NCBI GenBank assembly: GCA_965287045.1
Contig: OZ336878.1
Location: forward strand, 48,546,001 to 48,610,000
Length of the DNA stretch: 64,000 nucleotides
Direction of reading: 5' to 3'
Source: Carcharhinus amblyrhynchos
Taxonomy: Eukaryota
Each line of letters starts with the position of its first letter. Positions within the stretch are counted from its first letter, which is position 1. A program made the translations under genes and the position numbers. Shown here piece by piece: positions 38,641 to 51,800 of this stretch. The notes under the pieces are model-generated. The model ran no database searches and was not told the origin of the DNA. It saw nothing but the letters and a program-made list of their open reading frames with translations.

Positions 38641-39465
38641 TTGGGTTATATCCAAGAAACAGCACTAGATTAAGTAGGATGCATTAGATACTTTCATCAG
38701 GGAGAAACATTAGGAAGGAGTAGCCACAAGCAGCAACATCATCATCATATAGGTACAGTCAAATTGATTGACAAACATTGTCTATTACATTTGCTTAGGC
38801 TCATTGTTGTCCTCCACTTCTTGGGTACTCTGGCCCTCCTCTTCCACCTGCCGCATGCTGACTCCTTCTTTAAAGCCAAACTGTACAGTGGCCAAAATAT
38901 CAAAATGATTTTGAAAAGCGTTAAGGGCGCTCCTGAGGAGCCCCTCAGACATTCCTAAGCAGCATCACAAGCAGCAGGATCTGTGCTTTGGCAGATAAAT
39001 GGCATGTGTCACTTGAATCCTTAGGCCCGTACCTCAGTATCCTTCTTTCCTAGGCATTTTACAGGCCTGCTTAGAAGTGTCAATAGCCATGATTTGAGTT
39101 GACATTCTGAGTGCATAGAAGCCGCATTCTTGAAATAACAACGGCACAGAAAATTCTTAAACCACTGTGGCTGTTTCCAGCATACATAGAAACACAAAAA
39201 ATAGGAGCAGGAGGAGGTTGTTCAATCCTTTGAGCCTGCTGCACCATTTGTTATAGTCATGGCTGATCAACCAACTCAGTAACTTGATCCGACCTTTCCC
39301 CGATGTCCTTTGATCACCTTTGCCTCAAAAACTATATCTAAGTGTTATGTCATACCTTGCAGTCACCTACAAGATGTGGCGTCAATAGTCAGAAACCATA
39401 TGAACATTGGTGGAATAACACAATTTTCTATTCCCGAAAACCACAGCATTGTTAGTAGCGTCTTT

Positions 39466-39700
39466 CTTTTATTTATTTGTGTCACCAGTAGGCTTACATT
39501 AACAGCACTGCTGTGAAAATTCCCTAGTCACCACATTCTGGCAACAGTTTAGGTACACTGAGGGAGAATTTAGCATGGCCAATCCACCTAACCAGCATGT
39601 CTTTTTGATTATGGATGGAAACCAGAGCACCTGGAGGAAACCCACACAGACATGGGGAGAATATGCAGACTCCACGCAATCAGTCACCCAAGCCAGTCTG
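39466..39700 (-). mobile_element. V-SINE with alternative tail
   Basis: Reverse complement of the 8663-8955 type (V-domain GGAAACCAGAGCACCTGGAGGAAACCCAC). Confidence 0.8.
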
Positions 39701-39771
39701 GATGACTGCATACATTTTGTCAATGAGAACCTACATTCTTGGGAAACAAGCTGCCCAGAAACAGTCAGTCA

Positions 39772-40003
39772 TGACAGAAACAGAAAAATGCTGGAAAATC
39801 TCAGTAGGTTTGACAGCATCTGTGGAGAGAGTAGAGCTAACATAGAGTCTGGATGACCCTTGGTCAGCTCTGACAAAGGGTAATCCAGACTCGAAACGTT
39901 GGGTTTACTCTCTTTCCACAGATGCTGTCAGACCTGCTGCGATTTTCCAGCATTTTTCTGTTTTTGTTTCAGATTCCAACATTCACGGTATTTTGCATTT
40001 ATC
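39772..40003. mobile_element. Head-to-head inverted pair of Penelope-like pLTR termini
   Basis: AATGCTGGAAAATCTCAG...GATGACCCTTGGTCAG|CTCTGACAAAGGGTAATCCAGACTCGAAACGTTGG...GATTTTCCAGCATT; the two arms are mutually reverse-complementary around ~39867. Confidence 0.8.
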
Positions 40004-40599
40004 TTAGTGTTCAATTGTGATGTTGACATTGAAAAAGTTATGGAAACATCTATCCTGGCAAACAAGAAATCATTGACCTGATTGCTAATGTGTGCTAATT
40101 TAACAGATCTGAGTCATGACAGTGGTCGTAATAAAGGACACTGTAAAGGGCACTGTTCTGAATTATGGCTTTGGATGTAACTTGGAAGTGTACATCCATA
40201 AAGATCAGTTAATGATATAATGAAACTTGGATATTTGGCCACCCCTAATCAAACATGCTCCCATTCACTGTCAAGTTTTGCACTTAAACATTGTCACTTA
40301 GATGCCAGTGCTACGGTTGTACCTGAACAACCTGTAGCTAGTTCAACTACACAGGTCTTCTGGAACATAGTATATGCGGTCTGACTGTAGACTATGTCCT
40401 GATACTGTGTCAGCACCACTTACTGAATTTATTCTATTTATCTATTTATCTATTTAAATGGCCCCAATTTAATTTTCCTTCGGAACTATTGCTTACGTTG
40501 TGCCTTTCAATATTTAGTAATTACTGCCTCCAGATCATTTTTGACTTCTTACTTATGCATACTTCTGATTTTAAACTTGTGTTTCCTATTTTTAATAGA

Positions 40600-42900
40600 A
40601 AATTGAATTGCCCGATAGCTAATTTCTAGTTGTGTAAGCCCGGTTCTTGGAAGACCTCACGCAGTAATAGTGGTTCCGAGAGCTCACTATGAGACTTTAT
40701 GAAATGAGGAGCAATAAAAAAGCGCACACAGTGGGTGTGAGTGGAGAGGCCAAACGGCACGATAGTTTCAGAATATGTGTATACCTGTAGTTAGTCCTTA
40801 AAAAGCTCATGAATTTACACATTGTCACTATCATAATACATCATGCACTAAAGTATATATTTTAACCTGGATTACTAGATGGGTAATTTGTGTAGTGAAT
40901 ACATAAATACGTTTAAAATCATAAACTAGACAAATTGGGATTCACTGAATTTAACCTGAAGAATTTATTCAGAGAATAAATGTTCAAAAGGAGCCAAGTA
41001 AATGTACCACGTTGCTACGGCATATCGTTTCATTACCTGGAGGGACTACTTCAGTAAAATTTGGCTACCACGGCCATATTAAAGACCCGCATGTATTTCA
41101 TGTATATTAAATAATAAAACAACATGCAAATCTGTATTTTTCTTATTTAAATATTTCATTGGTCATATTTGCATAAAATGTTAACGCTAAAATTCAGCAA
41201 ACCAGCCACATGATTACGACAGCACCTCCTAATCCGGGGATCCACAATCAGTTTTCAGACCACGATTCCCGCCCCCAGTCTATTGATTAGCCTGATTATT
41301 CAATATAAAGCACATTTACCTGTACCCTCTATCGCTCTTATAGCGCTTACAAAAATATATATCCAATGTTGCTAATTAAACTTTTGGGACTAAACTGCAA
41401 TGAACGGATTCTATAGATTCGATGAACCCACGTGGTTAATAATTTAAACTGGATCAAGCCTACCGGTTAACGATGCTCTACATCTTCATGGAGGCTCCCA
41501 AGGTCGCTGCAGAGAGGTGCCTGACGCGCATTTCCCCCTCCATCCAAGATCATAACGAACCTAATTTGTAATTTTCACATGGCAATCATATAGTTTGCTA
41601 TTATCGTTCATTTTAAATACACAGCATATAACAGATTTTCCGTTTATTTTTCTGAATTTTAGCTTGCAAATTGATTAGTTTATTAACACATAATACGTTT
41701 TATAGGTGTGTGCTCAAGATTGCTGCGATACCATACAGCTCGCGGGAAAGATACAACGTTCAACTGGAGTTACGCTGTCAATCAAGCTATTTATTCACCG
41801 AAGTCTTGCCCAACTCATGTAACGATTGGCGATTTAAAAGTAGCGTCATTCCAATGGAACTCCTCAGTGGCTACTTCTAATGTCATTTGAATGAGTTTTC
41901 GCAGCGCTTCGAAAAAGAAGAATGATTTGGTCTTAGTACTTGTAAATTTTAAACTTAAATATATTGGTTGCTGGTAAGATATTAAAAAGTTATATCTGGG
42001 TTCAGAACTGTTAGTCCTCTCGATAAAATTTAAATCAAAGAGGCGTTCCATTTGGATTATATTTATATAATGTTAGTGGTCGCCCTAAATTGTGAAATTT
42101 ACCTGCAAACATACATTTCTCAAATGGATCACTACTAACAGAGTCATTTTATGTTGTATTAGGATGAAATAGCGCAACTAATTTGCAATCCATGACAAGC
42201 GAATTGTTCATATTGTGTCCTCTCTCACGTTACAGTTTCAATTCTTATTTTTGTCATAAAGAACAACTTAATTGTGTAACATGTTTTGGATAAAATTCTA
42301 AATGCTGTTTCTTACAACAATAACATTGTCGGCCTGTTAAAACGAACGTCTGTTTTAAAGCATTCATTCACCTGTAAAAATGCCTTGCAATTACGCGTCG
42401 AAAACTGGAAAGCTGATTTCGGTCCATCTCGACTCGAGTTGAAAAATGGAATGCAACTCTTCAGTTAATTTTTACCTATTATTTTCTTTACAATAACTTT
42501 AATTGGCACTAAACGTGATCAATGGTCTACCAACTAAAACGTTTTTTTAATTTAATTTCAAGCAGAGCGGCTAGCTTGTTATCCTGTCAGACTGAGTGAA
42601 TACAGCGAGCTACACATTGCTGCCACCTGCAGCCTCATAGTTTCATGGGCTGTTGAGCAATGTTTCAAAAGCGTTAGTTCTCGTGAACGAATAGGAGCTC
42701 TGATATTGTGGCTCCAGTTCAGAAATGCTACCCTAAAACACTGGGCTTCTTTAAATGATGACCCCGTAAATACATTTTATACTTAAACTTGTATATTATA
42801 ACTAAAGATCTGAAGCATATGTTCTATTTAGAGATGACCTATATTCTGGTACTTGGCTGATACTCTCTATCAATGGTAAAGTGCCGGCAGCGCTATCAAG
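40600..42900. promoter_or_regulatory. AT-rich CpG-retaining island; candidate promoter or enhancer
   Basis: TE-free stretch with visibly many more CpGs than flanking unique DNA. GC box CCCGCCCC 41268-41275, E-box CACGTG 41429-41434, CCAAT boxes at ~41824 and ~41851, CTCF-like TGCTGCCACCTGCAGC 42618-42633. Confidence 0.55.
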
Positions 42901-43014
42901 CACAATTTTTTCACCACTAACCTGTTCACTGACGCCCAATTTGGGTTCTGTCAGGGCTACTCAGCTCCTGAATTCAATACAGCCTTGGTCCAAAGAGCTG
43001 AATTCAAGACGTGA

Positions 43015-43125
43015 CCACGATGTGGAGATGCTAGCGTTGGACTGGGGTCGGCATAGTAAGCCAGTGGTTTGCAGTGTCGGTGATAGCCATAATGTGGAGA
43101 CCTGATGTTGTGGGACTTCTTACTG
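43015..43125. mobile_element. Minimal Penelope-like insertion (inverted pLTR ends only)
   Basis: TSD TTCAAGA(C/G)GTGA at 43003-43014 and 43126-43137. The ends match the 55617-55897 element (GATGTGGAGATGC..GTTGGACTGG / GACTTCTTACTG). Confidence 0.75.
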
Positions 43126-45069
43126 TTCAAGAGGTGAGATGAAAGTACCCTTGATGTCAAGGCAGAATTTGATTGAATGTGGCATCGAGGAACCATAGCA
43201 AAACTCCCCACTGACAGGAGTCATTCTGGGCACAAATTAAAATGGTTGACGTTGTTGGAATTTAATCATCTCAGTCTTTGGATATTGCTACTGATAGGAA
43301 GGTGTAAAATTGAATGCTTTAGCAGTGGAACTGTGTCCATCAACTACCTACTGTCTTGCCCCCATGGCTTCAAGCTAATTAATGGCTTAATGGTTGTAAT
43401 ATGACTGAGGGTAAACCAGCAACTTGGAGAAATGCTTATCCATCCTGACATAGGTCATTACCCTCCAAGTAGCATTTGGCCCACTATTTCGTCTGGTGGT
43501 AACACCCAAGGACGAGGGGATATAATCCCAAAATTAGAGCTGGGTAAATTCAAATAGAATTCAGGTGCACCTTTCACGTAAATGGTAGTCCAAATCTGGA
43601 ATTCTCTACCTCAGAAGCCTGAAAATACTGGTAAGACAACAATTTGCAAGGCAGATAGTTAGATTTTTGTTACATATGGCCATTAAGGAATGTGAAGCTA
43701 ATGGAGGTAAAGAGCCATGATTTAATTGAATTCACTTAGGAAATCCCACACCCTGATCATCCCAAGCTTCATTAGCTCTTCATGCCCCCTCATGCTAACA
43801 CCAAAAATCACCACCTTATTTTCAAGGTCTTTTTAGCCTCACTAAACCTCAACTTTGACCTTTTTCTTTTTGACCTCATGTGCAACCTCCTTTCCAAGCT
43901 TCTCTCCATGACTGCCCTTTCTGCTCCAACATGGCAGTTGATTGTTCAGCCACTATGCTTCTGTCACTGGAACTCTCCAAACAACATTCTTTGCCAATGG
44001 ACATCACTCATTGATTTCAAAAAATATAATTTCTCTTGAGCTGTTCCCCCCATCCTAAACTCTTTTTGTTTCTCCCTTTTCCTATTTTTGTGTCCATTGG
44101 ATCTTTTCTTCCTCCATTAGAAAACACACTGTAATGTCTCCTCAAATGTGAAGGACACTACATAAGAGTAAATGTATGCTGTAGAAGCACAGAAGCTTGT
44201 GAAGAGAATAGAACAGTCGACTTTAGCAAGAAATTGCAAAATAAGCATTTTGATTTTTAATCAAATTATTCTGAAAATTGATCTATTAAACACATTAAGA
44301 AACAGCCTTTTTCCTTACTAGAACTTACTTAAATTACACCTCTTACATTTTCCTGTTTAAATATTTACCATTCATTAATCATGATCATATTTACCATTTT
44401 CCCCCTTTCTTTAATCTGGACAGTTCTCTTTTTATATCATATTTATGATTAATTTATTTTACCAATCAACCCCCTTTGTCCTTGGCTTCTTTTTCTATTC
44501 TTACATTGGATCTAATTATATTCTGGTCACTGCTTTTCAAATGCTTCCTCCTTTTAGGTCACCTACTTGCTCCATTTTGTTACGAAGAACCAGGTCAACA
44601 AATGCTTCCATCCTTGTTGAAATGTCATATTGATTGAGAAAATAATCCTGAACACATTGCAAAAAAAATCTCCAGCTTCTTCACCACAGTGCTTGTCCTG
44701 ATATCAGAATTTTTGTGGAGAATTAAGATCACCTAAAGCTACAATTCTTTGTTAGCAGATTCTAATTTGTCCAAAAAAATCTTAAATTTATTTTCTACTA
44801 TTTAGTCATATATATATATGGTATATCTATGATCAGAATAGGACCAAACACTTCCTAATCTGCAATATAATCTGGGGATTTCACTTAATCTATTTAAGAT
44901 CCAGCACTTCAATATTTTAATTTTTTAAAATTTAGTTGTCAAAGATACATAAGTGATGGCATTGTTTGGTTAAGGACTGCAATCATATATAAAGAGTCCA
45001 GGTCCAGGTGGCGGTGGGTAGTCAAGATGATTGTCTGTCCTGATTGTGTGACTATTTTTGCTTGTTTTC

Positions 45070-46360
45070 CTGACTCCTACAACTACCCGCAAGATCTCCT
45101 TTCCATAACCCAATGGTAATACAACCTGATGAACCTCTGTCCATCTTCCATCTGCCTGAATATGTAAAGTTCTTTACCTCCTCATTAAGACATAATTTTA
45201 ATCTAACATTCTGGCATACACTCTAATTCTTCTGTGTATGCTTTCTGATACAACTGCTTTATCTCTACATTTTTGTTGTAATTCTGCCAACTTCCCTGAG
45301 CTAAAAATATCCACTTCATCCTCCACCTGTTCTTTCTAAACCATCTGGTGAAAAATGGTTTCCGATAATTGAACTTCAACCTCCTTCTTTATTCTTTAAT
45401 TTCTCCTCTTGTCTCAACCTGTGGCTTTGTGACCTTGTTACCACATAGTCAAGAAAAATCCCAGGATATGCTTCCAGCAACACCTCAATTGTTTGATTTT
45501 TCACTGGCTTTTTAACCACAATAGGCATCACTCCCACCTACGATCCAACTATATCATTACCCAGGATAAACTGCTCCTAAAAAGGGTATTTTCCCCATGA
45601 CTCCTACCACCACTTCATCTTTCACCATGAATTCCACATATTACCATTTGTTCTGGTGATATTCCTTCTGAACTCCATATCTCCACAACTCTTACTATTA
45701 AAGATTCAATCACTCATGGTATCTCTTAAAATCCTAACTTCTTTATCTACTCTTCCAGGTACAGTAGGCATCACTCCCACCTGTGATCCAGCTATATTGT
45801 TACCCTGAAGAATCTGTATTCCAGAAAATACTACCAACACTTTTCACTGGACTCTCCAACCTTACCTTACATAATGGAACACTAATATTTTCAACAAGAA
45901 TTTCACATATTTCTACCTTCTCTGGCAATACTCCTTCCAAATTACATATATCCTCTTCTCTCACCATACACTGACTTATTACGTAATCTTAAAATCTTAA
46001 CTTCTTTACCTACTCCTCGTGGGATCTCATGCACTATTCGCAACACCTCCGTTCAATAACCCACCGGTAATACAATCTGATTAACTTTTGCCCATTTTCC
46101 GTCTGCTTAAGTATACTTCATCCATGTCCTGTTCCTCAATCCTGACCCTCATGTGGCTTTTCTAGCCACTAACAGAAGTTATAAAGCTTTATGCCATTTG
46201 ATCAGGTTTTTTTCCAATGTATTTTTGGGATTCAAGTGTTGCTTTTGTTAACTTCAGCTGCGTCTGCTTCCTATTCATGCCATCTTTCCAGTTCATACTT
46301 CGTGAAATTTATGTTTTGAGGCTTTGACTGTAAGTAATTTTATTTTTCTTCCTTACCTTA
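45070..46360 (-). mobile_element. Decayed, rearranged Gypsy (Gmr1-like) gag-pro fragments
   Basis: The minus strand encodes QFILGNDI..VGVMPIVVKKPVKNQTIEVL..YPGIF..VVTRSQ (~45430-45580); internal segments are duplicated out of order. Confidence 0.6.
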
Positions 46361-46950
46361 TTTCCAACAAGCAGAACATCCCAATCTCCATTTTTGAAAA
46401 CTTTCTTTATGCCCAAAAATTGAACCCATTTTTACAATAGGTACAGCAAGTTGTCTGCAGCTATAGTTTTCGCAACCAAATGAAATATGATGCAATATTG
46501 ATATGAATTGAGGACATGGAATGATACCATTAGAAACAGTGCCAGGAATAGACCTCATCATACAGCTCATCTCTGATGATTTTAAAAAAAAGAGAAGCAT
46601 GGGGAATAGAATGATATGGATAGATCTTTCTGAGAACTGTGCAGTGACGATGATGAACCAAATAGCTTCCATCTGTGCTTTGAAATGTATACTTCCCACA
46701 TGGAAATTGAATGTCATCTCAGGAGTACTGCTATGGATGGGAGGGGCGAGGGACTGGGCTTAGGGTGACAGAGGAAGAATAGCTTATGATGGGGAGAATT
46801 TGGGGGTGAAGGAGAGTGGATGGGGAGGGTGAGGCAGGGGAAAGGGTGTATGAGGGAGTTAAACAGTTGTGATTCCAGGTTCCCACTGTCCAGGGCTCAG
46901 ATTTACACATGCACACCTCCAATTCTAGCACCCACCCATGTGACAGTCAC

Positions 46951-48890
46951 ATAAGAACATAAGAACATAAGAAATAGGAGCAGGAGTAGGCCATCTAGCC
47001 CTTCGAGCCTGCCCCGCCATTCAATAAGATCATGGCTGATCTGTTGTGGCTCAGTTCCACTTTCCCGCCCTCTCCCCATAACCCTTAATCCCCTCTCTTA
47101 TCAAGAACCCATCAACCCGCTTCTTAAAAATATTTAGCGAGGCAGCCTCCACCACTTCAACGGGCAGAGAATTCCAGAGATTCACCACCCTTTGAGTGAA
47201 GAAGTTCCTCCCCAACTCCGTTCTAAACCGCCTCCCCTTTATCTTGAGGCTGTGCCCCCTAGTCCTACTGTCTTTTTTGAGCGGGAAGAGTCTCTCCACC
47301 TCTATCCTATCCATCCCATTCATCATCTTATACGTCTCAATGAGATCTCCCCTCATTCTTCTAAACTCTAACTAGTACAAGCCTAGTTTATTCAGCCTCT
47401 CCTCATAGCTCAATCCCCTCAACTCCGGTATCAGCCTAGTAAACCTCCTCTGCACTCCCTCCAGGGCCAAAATATCCTTGCGCAGGTGCGGCGCCCAAAA
47501 CTGCACACAGTACTCCAGCTGCGGCCTCACCAATGCCCTATACAGCTGCAGCAAGACCTCCCTACTTTTATATTCAATCCCCCTCGCTATGAAGGCCAGC
47601 ATCCCATTCGCCTTCCTGACCACCTGCTGCACCTGCAAGCTGGGTTTTTGCGACTCATGCACAAGGACCCCGAGGTCCCTCTGCACCGTCGCCTGCTGCA
47701 GTTTTTCGCCACGTAAGTAATAGTCCTTCCTACCATTCTTCCTACCAAAGTGGACCACCTCACACTTGCCAACATTAAATTCCATTTGCCATTTCCTGGC
47801 CCATTCGCCCAGCTTATCTAGATCCTTCTGCAGACTCTCCACACCCTCCGCACAATTTGCCTTTCCCCCAATCTTGGTGTCATCAGCAAATTTCGACACC
47901 CTGCACTCGGTTCCCTCCTCCAGATCATCTATATAAATGGTAAATAGCTGAGGCCCCAGCACCGACCCCTGGGGCACCCCACTAGTCACCAACCGCCAAT
48001 CCGAATAGCATCCATTGACCCCCACTCTCTGCCTCCTATTTGACAACCAATCCTCTATCCACGCTAACACCCTACCCCCAACTCCATGTCCCCTGACCTT
48101 CTGCAATAACCTCTTGTGAGGTACCTTGTCAAACGCCTTCTGAAAATCCAGAAAGACCACATCCACCGGCTCTCCTCTATCCACTGCCCTAGACACATCC
48201 TCATAGAACTCCAGTAAATTTGTCAGACACGACTTCCCTTTAATGAAACCGTGTTGCGTCCGCCCTATCAAGCAATTCCCTTCAAGATGCCTCGCAATTT
48301 CCTCCTCAATGACGGATTCTAACATTTTACCTACCACAGACGTTAAACTAACCGGCCTGTAATTCCCCGCCTTTTGCCTGGCACCCTTCTTAAACAACGG
48401 CGTAACATTAGCCGTTTTCCAATCTTCCGGCACTTCCCCGGAATCCAGCGACGTCTGGAAAATAACCACCAAGGCATCCACTATAACCTCCGCCATTTCT
48501 TTCAGAACCCTCGGATGCATTCCATCCGGTCCTGGGGACTTGTCCACAATCAGCCCCTCCAGTCTGTCGAGCACCACCTCTCTAGTAACAGTAATGTCAT
48601 TAAGACCCTCCATTCCTACCACCTTTCCATCTCTAACACCCGGCAAATTATTCACGTCCTCCTCCGTGAAGACAGAAACAAAAAAGTTATTCAAGACCTT
48701 AGCCATATCCCCATCCCCTACCACTAGCTCCCCTTTCTCATCCTCTAAAGGACCAACGTTCACCCTAGCCAGCCTCTTCCTTTTTATATATTTATAAAAA
48801 CTCTTGCTATCCTTTTTTATATTAAGTGCTAGCCCAGCCTCATAGCTTCTCCTACCCTCCTTTATCAACTTCTTTGTCAATCTTTGTTGA
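46951..48890 (-). mobile_element. 5'-truncated young CR1 LINE
   Basis: 502-aa RT ORF 47372-48880 plus its continuation 47051-47356, separated by one premature stop; (ATAAGAAC)n tail at 46951. Confidence 0.95.
47051..48880 (-). pseudogene. CR1 ORF2 RT with a single nonsense mutation at ~47372
   Basis: Plus strand reads AACTAGTACAAG here but AACGAGTACAAG in the sister copy at ~61645, converting a Ser codon to a stop. Confidence 0.85.
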
Positions 48891-51800
48891 CATTGAGCTC
48901 ACACTTTCTCAGATTTGGACTCCCAGCCACTGTTGCATGTTCCAGGACCATTGGCTAGTTCTTCCCAATTCCATACAGCTTTTCCTCACAGCACAGGTGT
49001 AGTGTCACAAGCTGAATGAGGAATACAGGTCTAACCAGTGATTGTGTGTAGTAACTCCAGGAGATGGTTATGAAGAAACTGTGCTTTTGTTGCATTAAAT
49101 GAAAATAAACACGAACCACAAGCCTATGGTGAACACAACATTCCCAACCTAGTCTAAAAGGATAATGGACCCACTCCAGGGTCTTGCTTTATACAGGGAT
49201 GTGAGCTCCCTCTATTTGGCTAATTGCCAATCCCCAGGGAGCTCGTATTCAATAAGCCCAACTGGGTAGTCAATTAGTGATTCCCCATGCAGATCCTGGG
49301 AGTTACCATTCTCCTCCCTCTCCAAATTCAAGGGTTCTTCCTCACTCCTTGGGCACCAGGGCCAGCTTTGTCTTTTGGCCCAGCGTCTCTTTCCTATTTT
49401 GTACTTCACCTGGTGAGGCAGGGTGTGCATTATCAGCAAGTGCCTTGTTTTTAACAACCAAAGAAGTAATATTGGATGTGGTTCTTTGTCACCAATGGCT
49501 TCTGCTGTGTGAGTCTCCATTTCAGAGTCTGAGATCTCATAGCATTTCAGAGCCTCCCATTGGTAGAAGTGTTTTGTCTTTGCTCTGTGTGCTTGGAGTC
49601 TCCAATGGCATACTCGCCGAGTTGGCCACTTCTATTGATAGCTCTCACATTTTAGGTGGTTCACGTTTTCTTTGTACTGCGTCTCCAACTTCTACTATGT
49701 AGGACACTGGCCCTGTTTCAAAGAGAATTGTTCCTGGTGTCCATTGGGTGCTGCCTCCAAAATTTTGCAGTAAGACCATGTCTCTCTCCAAAAAAACTCT
49801 GTTTTTATTTCATCATGGCCCCTTTTTTGGGTTTCTTGCTTCTGTACAACTCTTGTATTTAGATCTGGGAATGTAAGGTTCAGCTTGGTCCATAGGCACA
49901 TGCCCATTAGTAACTTGGTCAGAGCTACATCTGTCATTACATGAGGCATCATTCAATAATTGGAGAGAAAGACTTGCCAGTTGGGTGTCTACAGACCCAT
50001 GGTGTGTTTTTCATTCCCCTTTTAAAGATTCGTCCCATGTCTGTTCGATGATGGGTGGTAAGGCTGTGCAGGTATGCCATATTCCATTTGTTTCTGTAAA
50101 TGTCTTTTTTATATATGTTTATTGAAAATTTTCTTATACTTTACATAGCAAACAAATGTAGATACCGATCCACACAGTGCTCGCATGTACATTCCAACGT
50201 GACTGGGCCAGGGGACAAGCCCCTGGTACCCCCAGCACCCACCCCGTCCAAGTCCCATCTAATTGTATCAGTAATAAAGGTAATAATATAAAAACAAAAA
50301 GGCAAAGGGATGCCGCTGGAGAATCAACTGAGCGCCCAAACAGCCTACGCTCTAAACTAGCAAACAGAGAAAAGAGAGACAGTAAAGGAGAAGAAAGAGA
50401 GTGAGAGGAAAAGAGAAAAGCTCTTGTGTTTGTCCCCGCACCTCGGCAGGGTAGGCGGGTGTACTCAAGTAAAAGGCCAGGGCACGTCCAACAATCAGGG
50501 GAGGGGGGGATTCTGTGGGAACACCCAGGGTCCTGGGGCCATTGGGTATTTATTCACCCGGCTCCAATTGCAGCATCCCTACATGCACTCTAAATGGTTA
50601 CTAGGTCTTCTAGAACCTAGTGGACCTCTGTAGCGTGCACCTCATCTTCTCCAGCTTAATGGTATCTACCACCTCCTTCACCCACTGTGAGTGTGTCGGG
50701 GCTGCACCTGATTTCCACCTAAACAGGATTAGTCTTCTTGCCAAGAGAGTAATGAAAGCTACAAAATCCATTTGGAATTTCAGCAGTGGCCGAAATGACC
50801 CCAAACAGGCAGCTTGGGGGGATGCACTTATGTCCCAATCTAACATTCGTCTCAAATATCAATATCCAGTAGTTACACAGTGATGGGCAAGCCCAGAACA
50901 TCTATTAGAGGAAGGTGGGAGCTTGCCATCACAAATGAGGCTTGTGCCTGGGTACATTCTAGAGAGTCTAATCCTAGTTTGATATGCTCTATAAAGGAGT
51001 TCACATTGTATGTATCACACCCAGCTTGGTACATATTGAGGAAGAGTGTACTCGATGCAGCACTATGTCCCAAAACTCTTCCGAGAATTCCTCCCCCAGA
51101 TCTCTTTCCCATAAAGATTTAACCACTGATAGAGAGTTTTGTTAGGACAGAATTTGAGAATAAAGAACATTAATGATACCATGCATAGTATAGAAGACAC
51201 TAATAACATGTCAATGGAGGCACGAGGTTGGAAATTGAGGGTCAGCTCTACGCACAAAGTCTTGAATTTGCAAATATCTGAAAAAGTGAGTTGCAGGTAA
51301 AGCAAACATCCACCATCTTCTGGAATGACGCAAATACGCCATCCACAAACAGGTCCCGGAATGTTCTGATCCCGTGCTTGACCCATATGTTGAAGGCACC
51401 ATCCAAGAAATAAATGGTTAGCGGACACTGGGGAGGCCAATGACCAGGCCTGAAATCCAAAGTGGAGTCTAAATTGCATCCAAATTCTAAGAGTTGACTT
51501 GATAAGTGCACTGCTAGTATATTGTGAGGACAGAAAATTTACCGGGGAACACATCAAGGCAACCAAAGAAGTCGGAGCACAGGAGGCAGATTCTGACTGC
51601 AACCAACAAGGAACTTCTTGTTGCCTCTCTCTCTGCACCCAACACACTACTGCTCTCATATTGGTTACCCAATAATAAAATAGAAAATTGGGCAATCCCA
51701 TACCACCACCCAGCCACCACCACCCCACCCCAATCATGTTTAGGACTTTGCACGACTGTTCTCCGCATTATTGGGTTTTTTCTATTCCAGGCAAAGCTTG

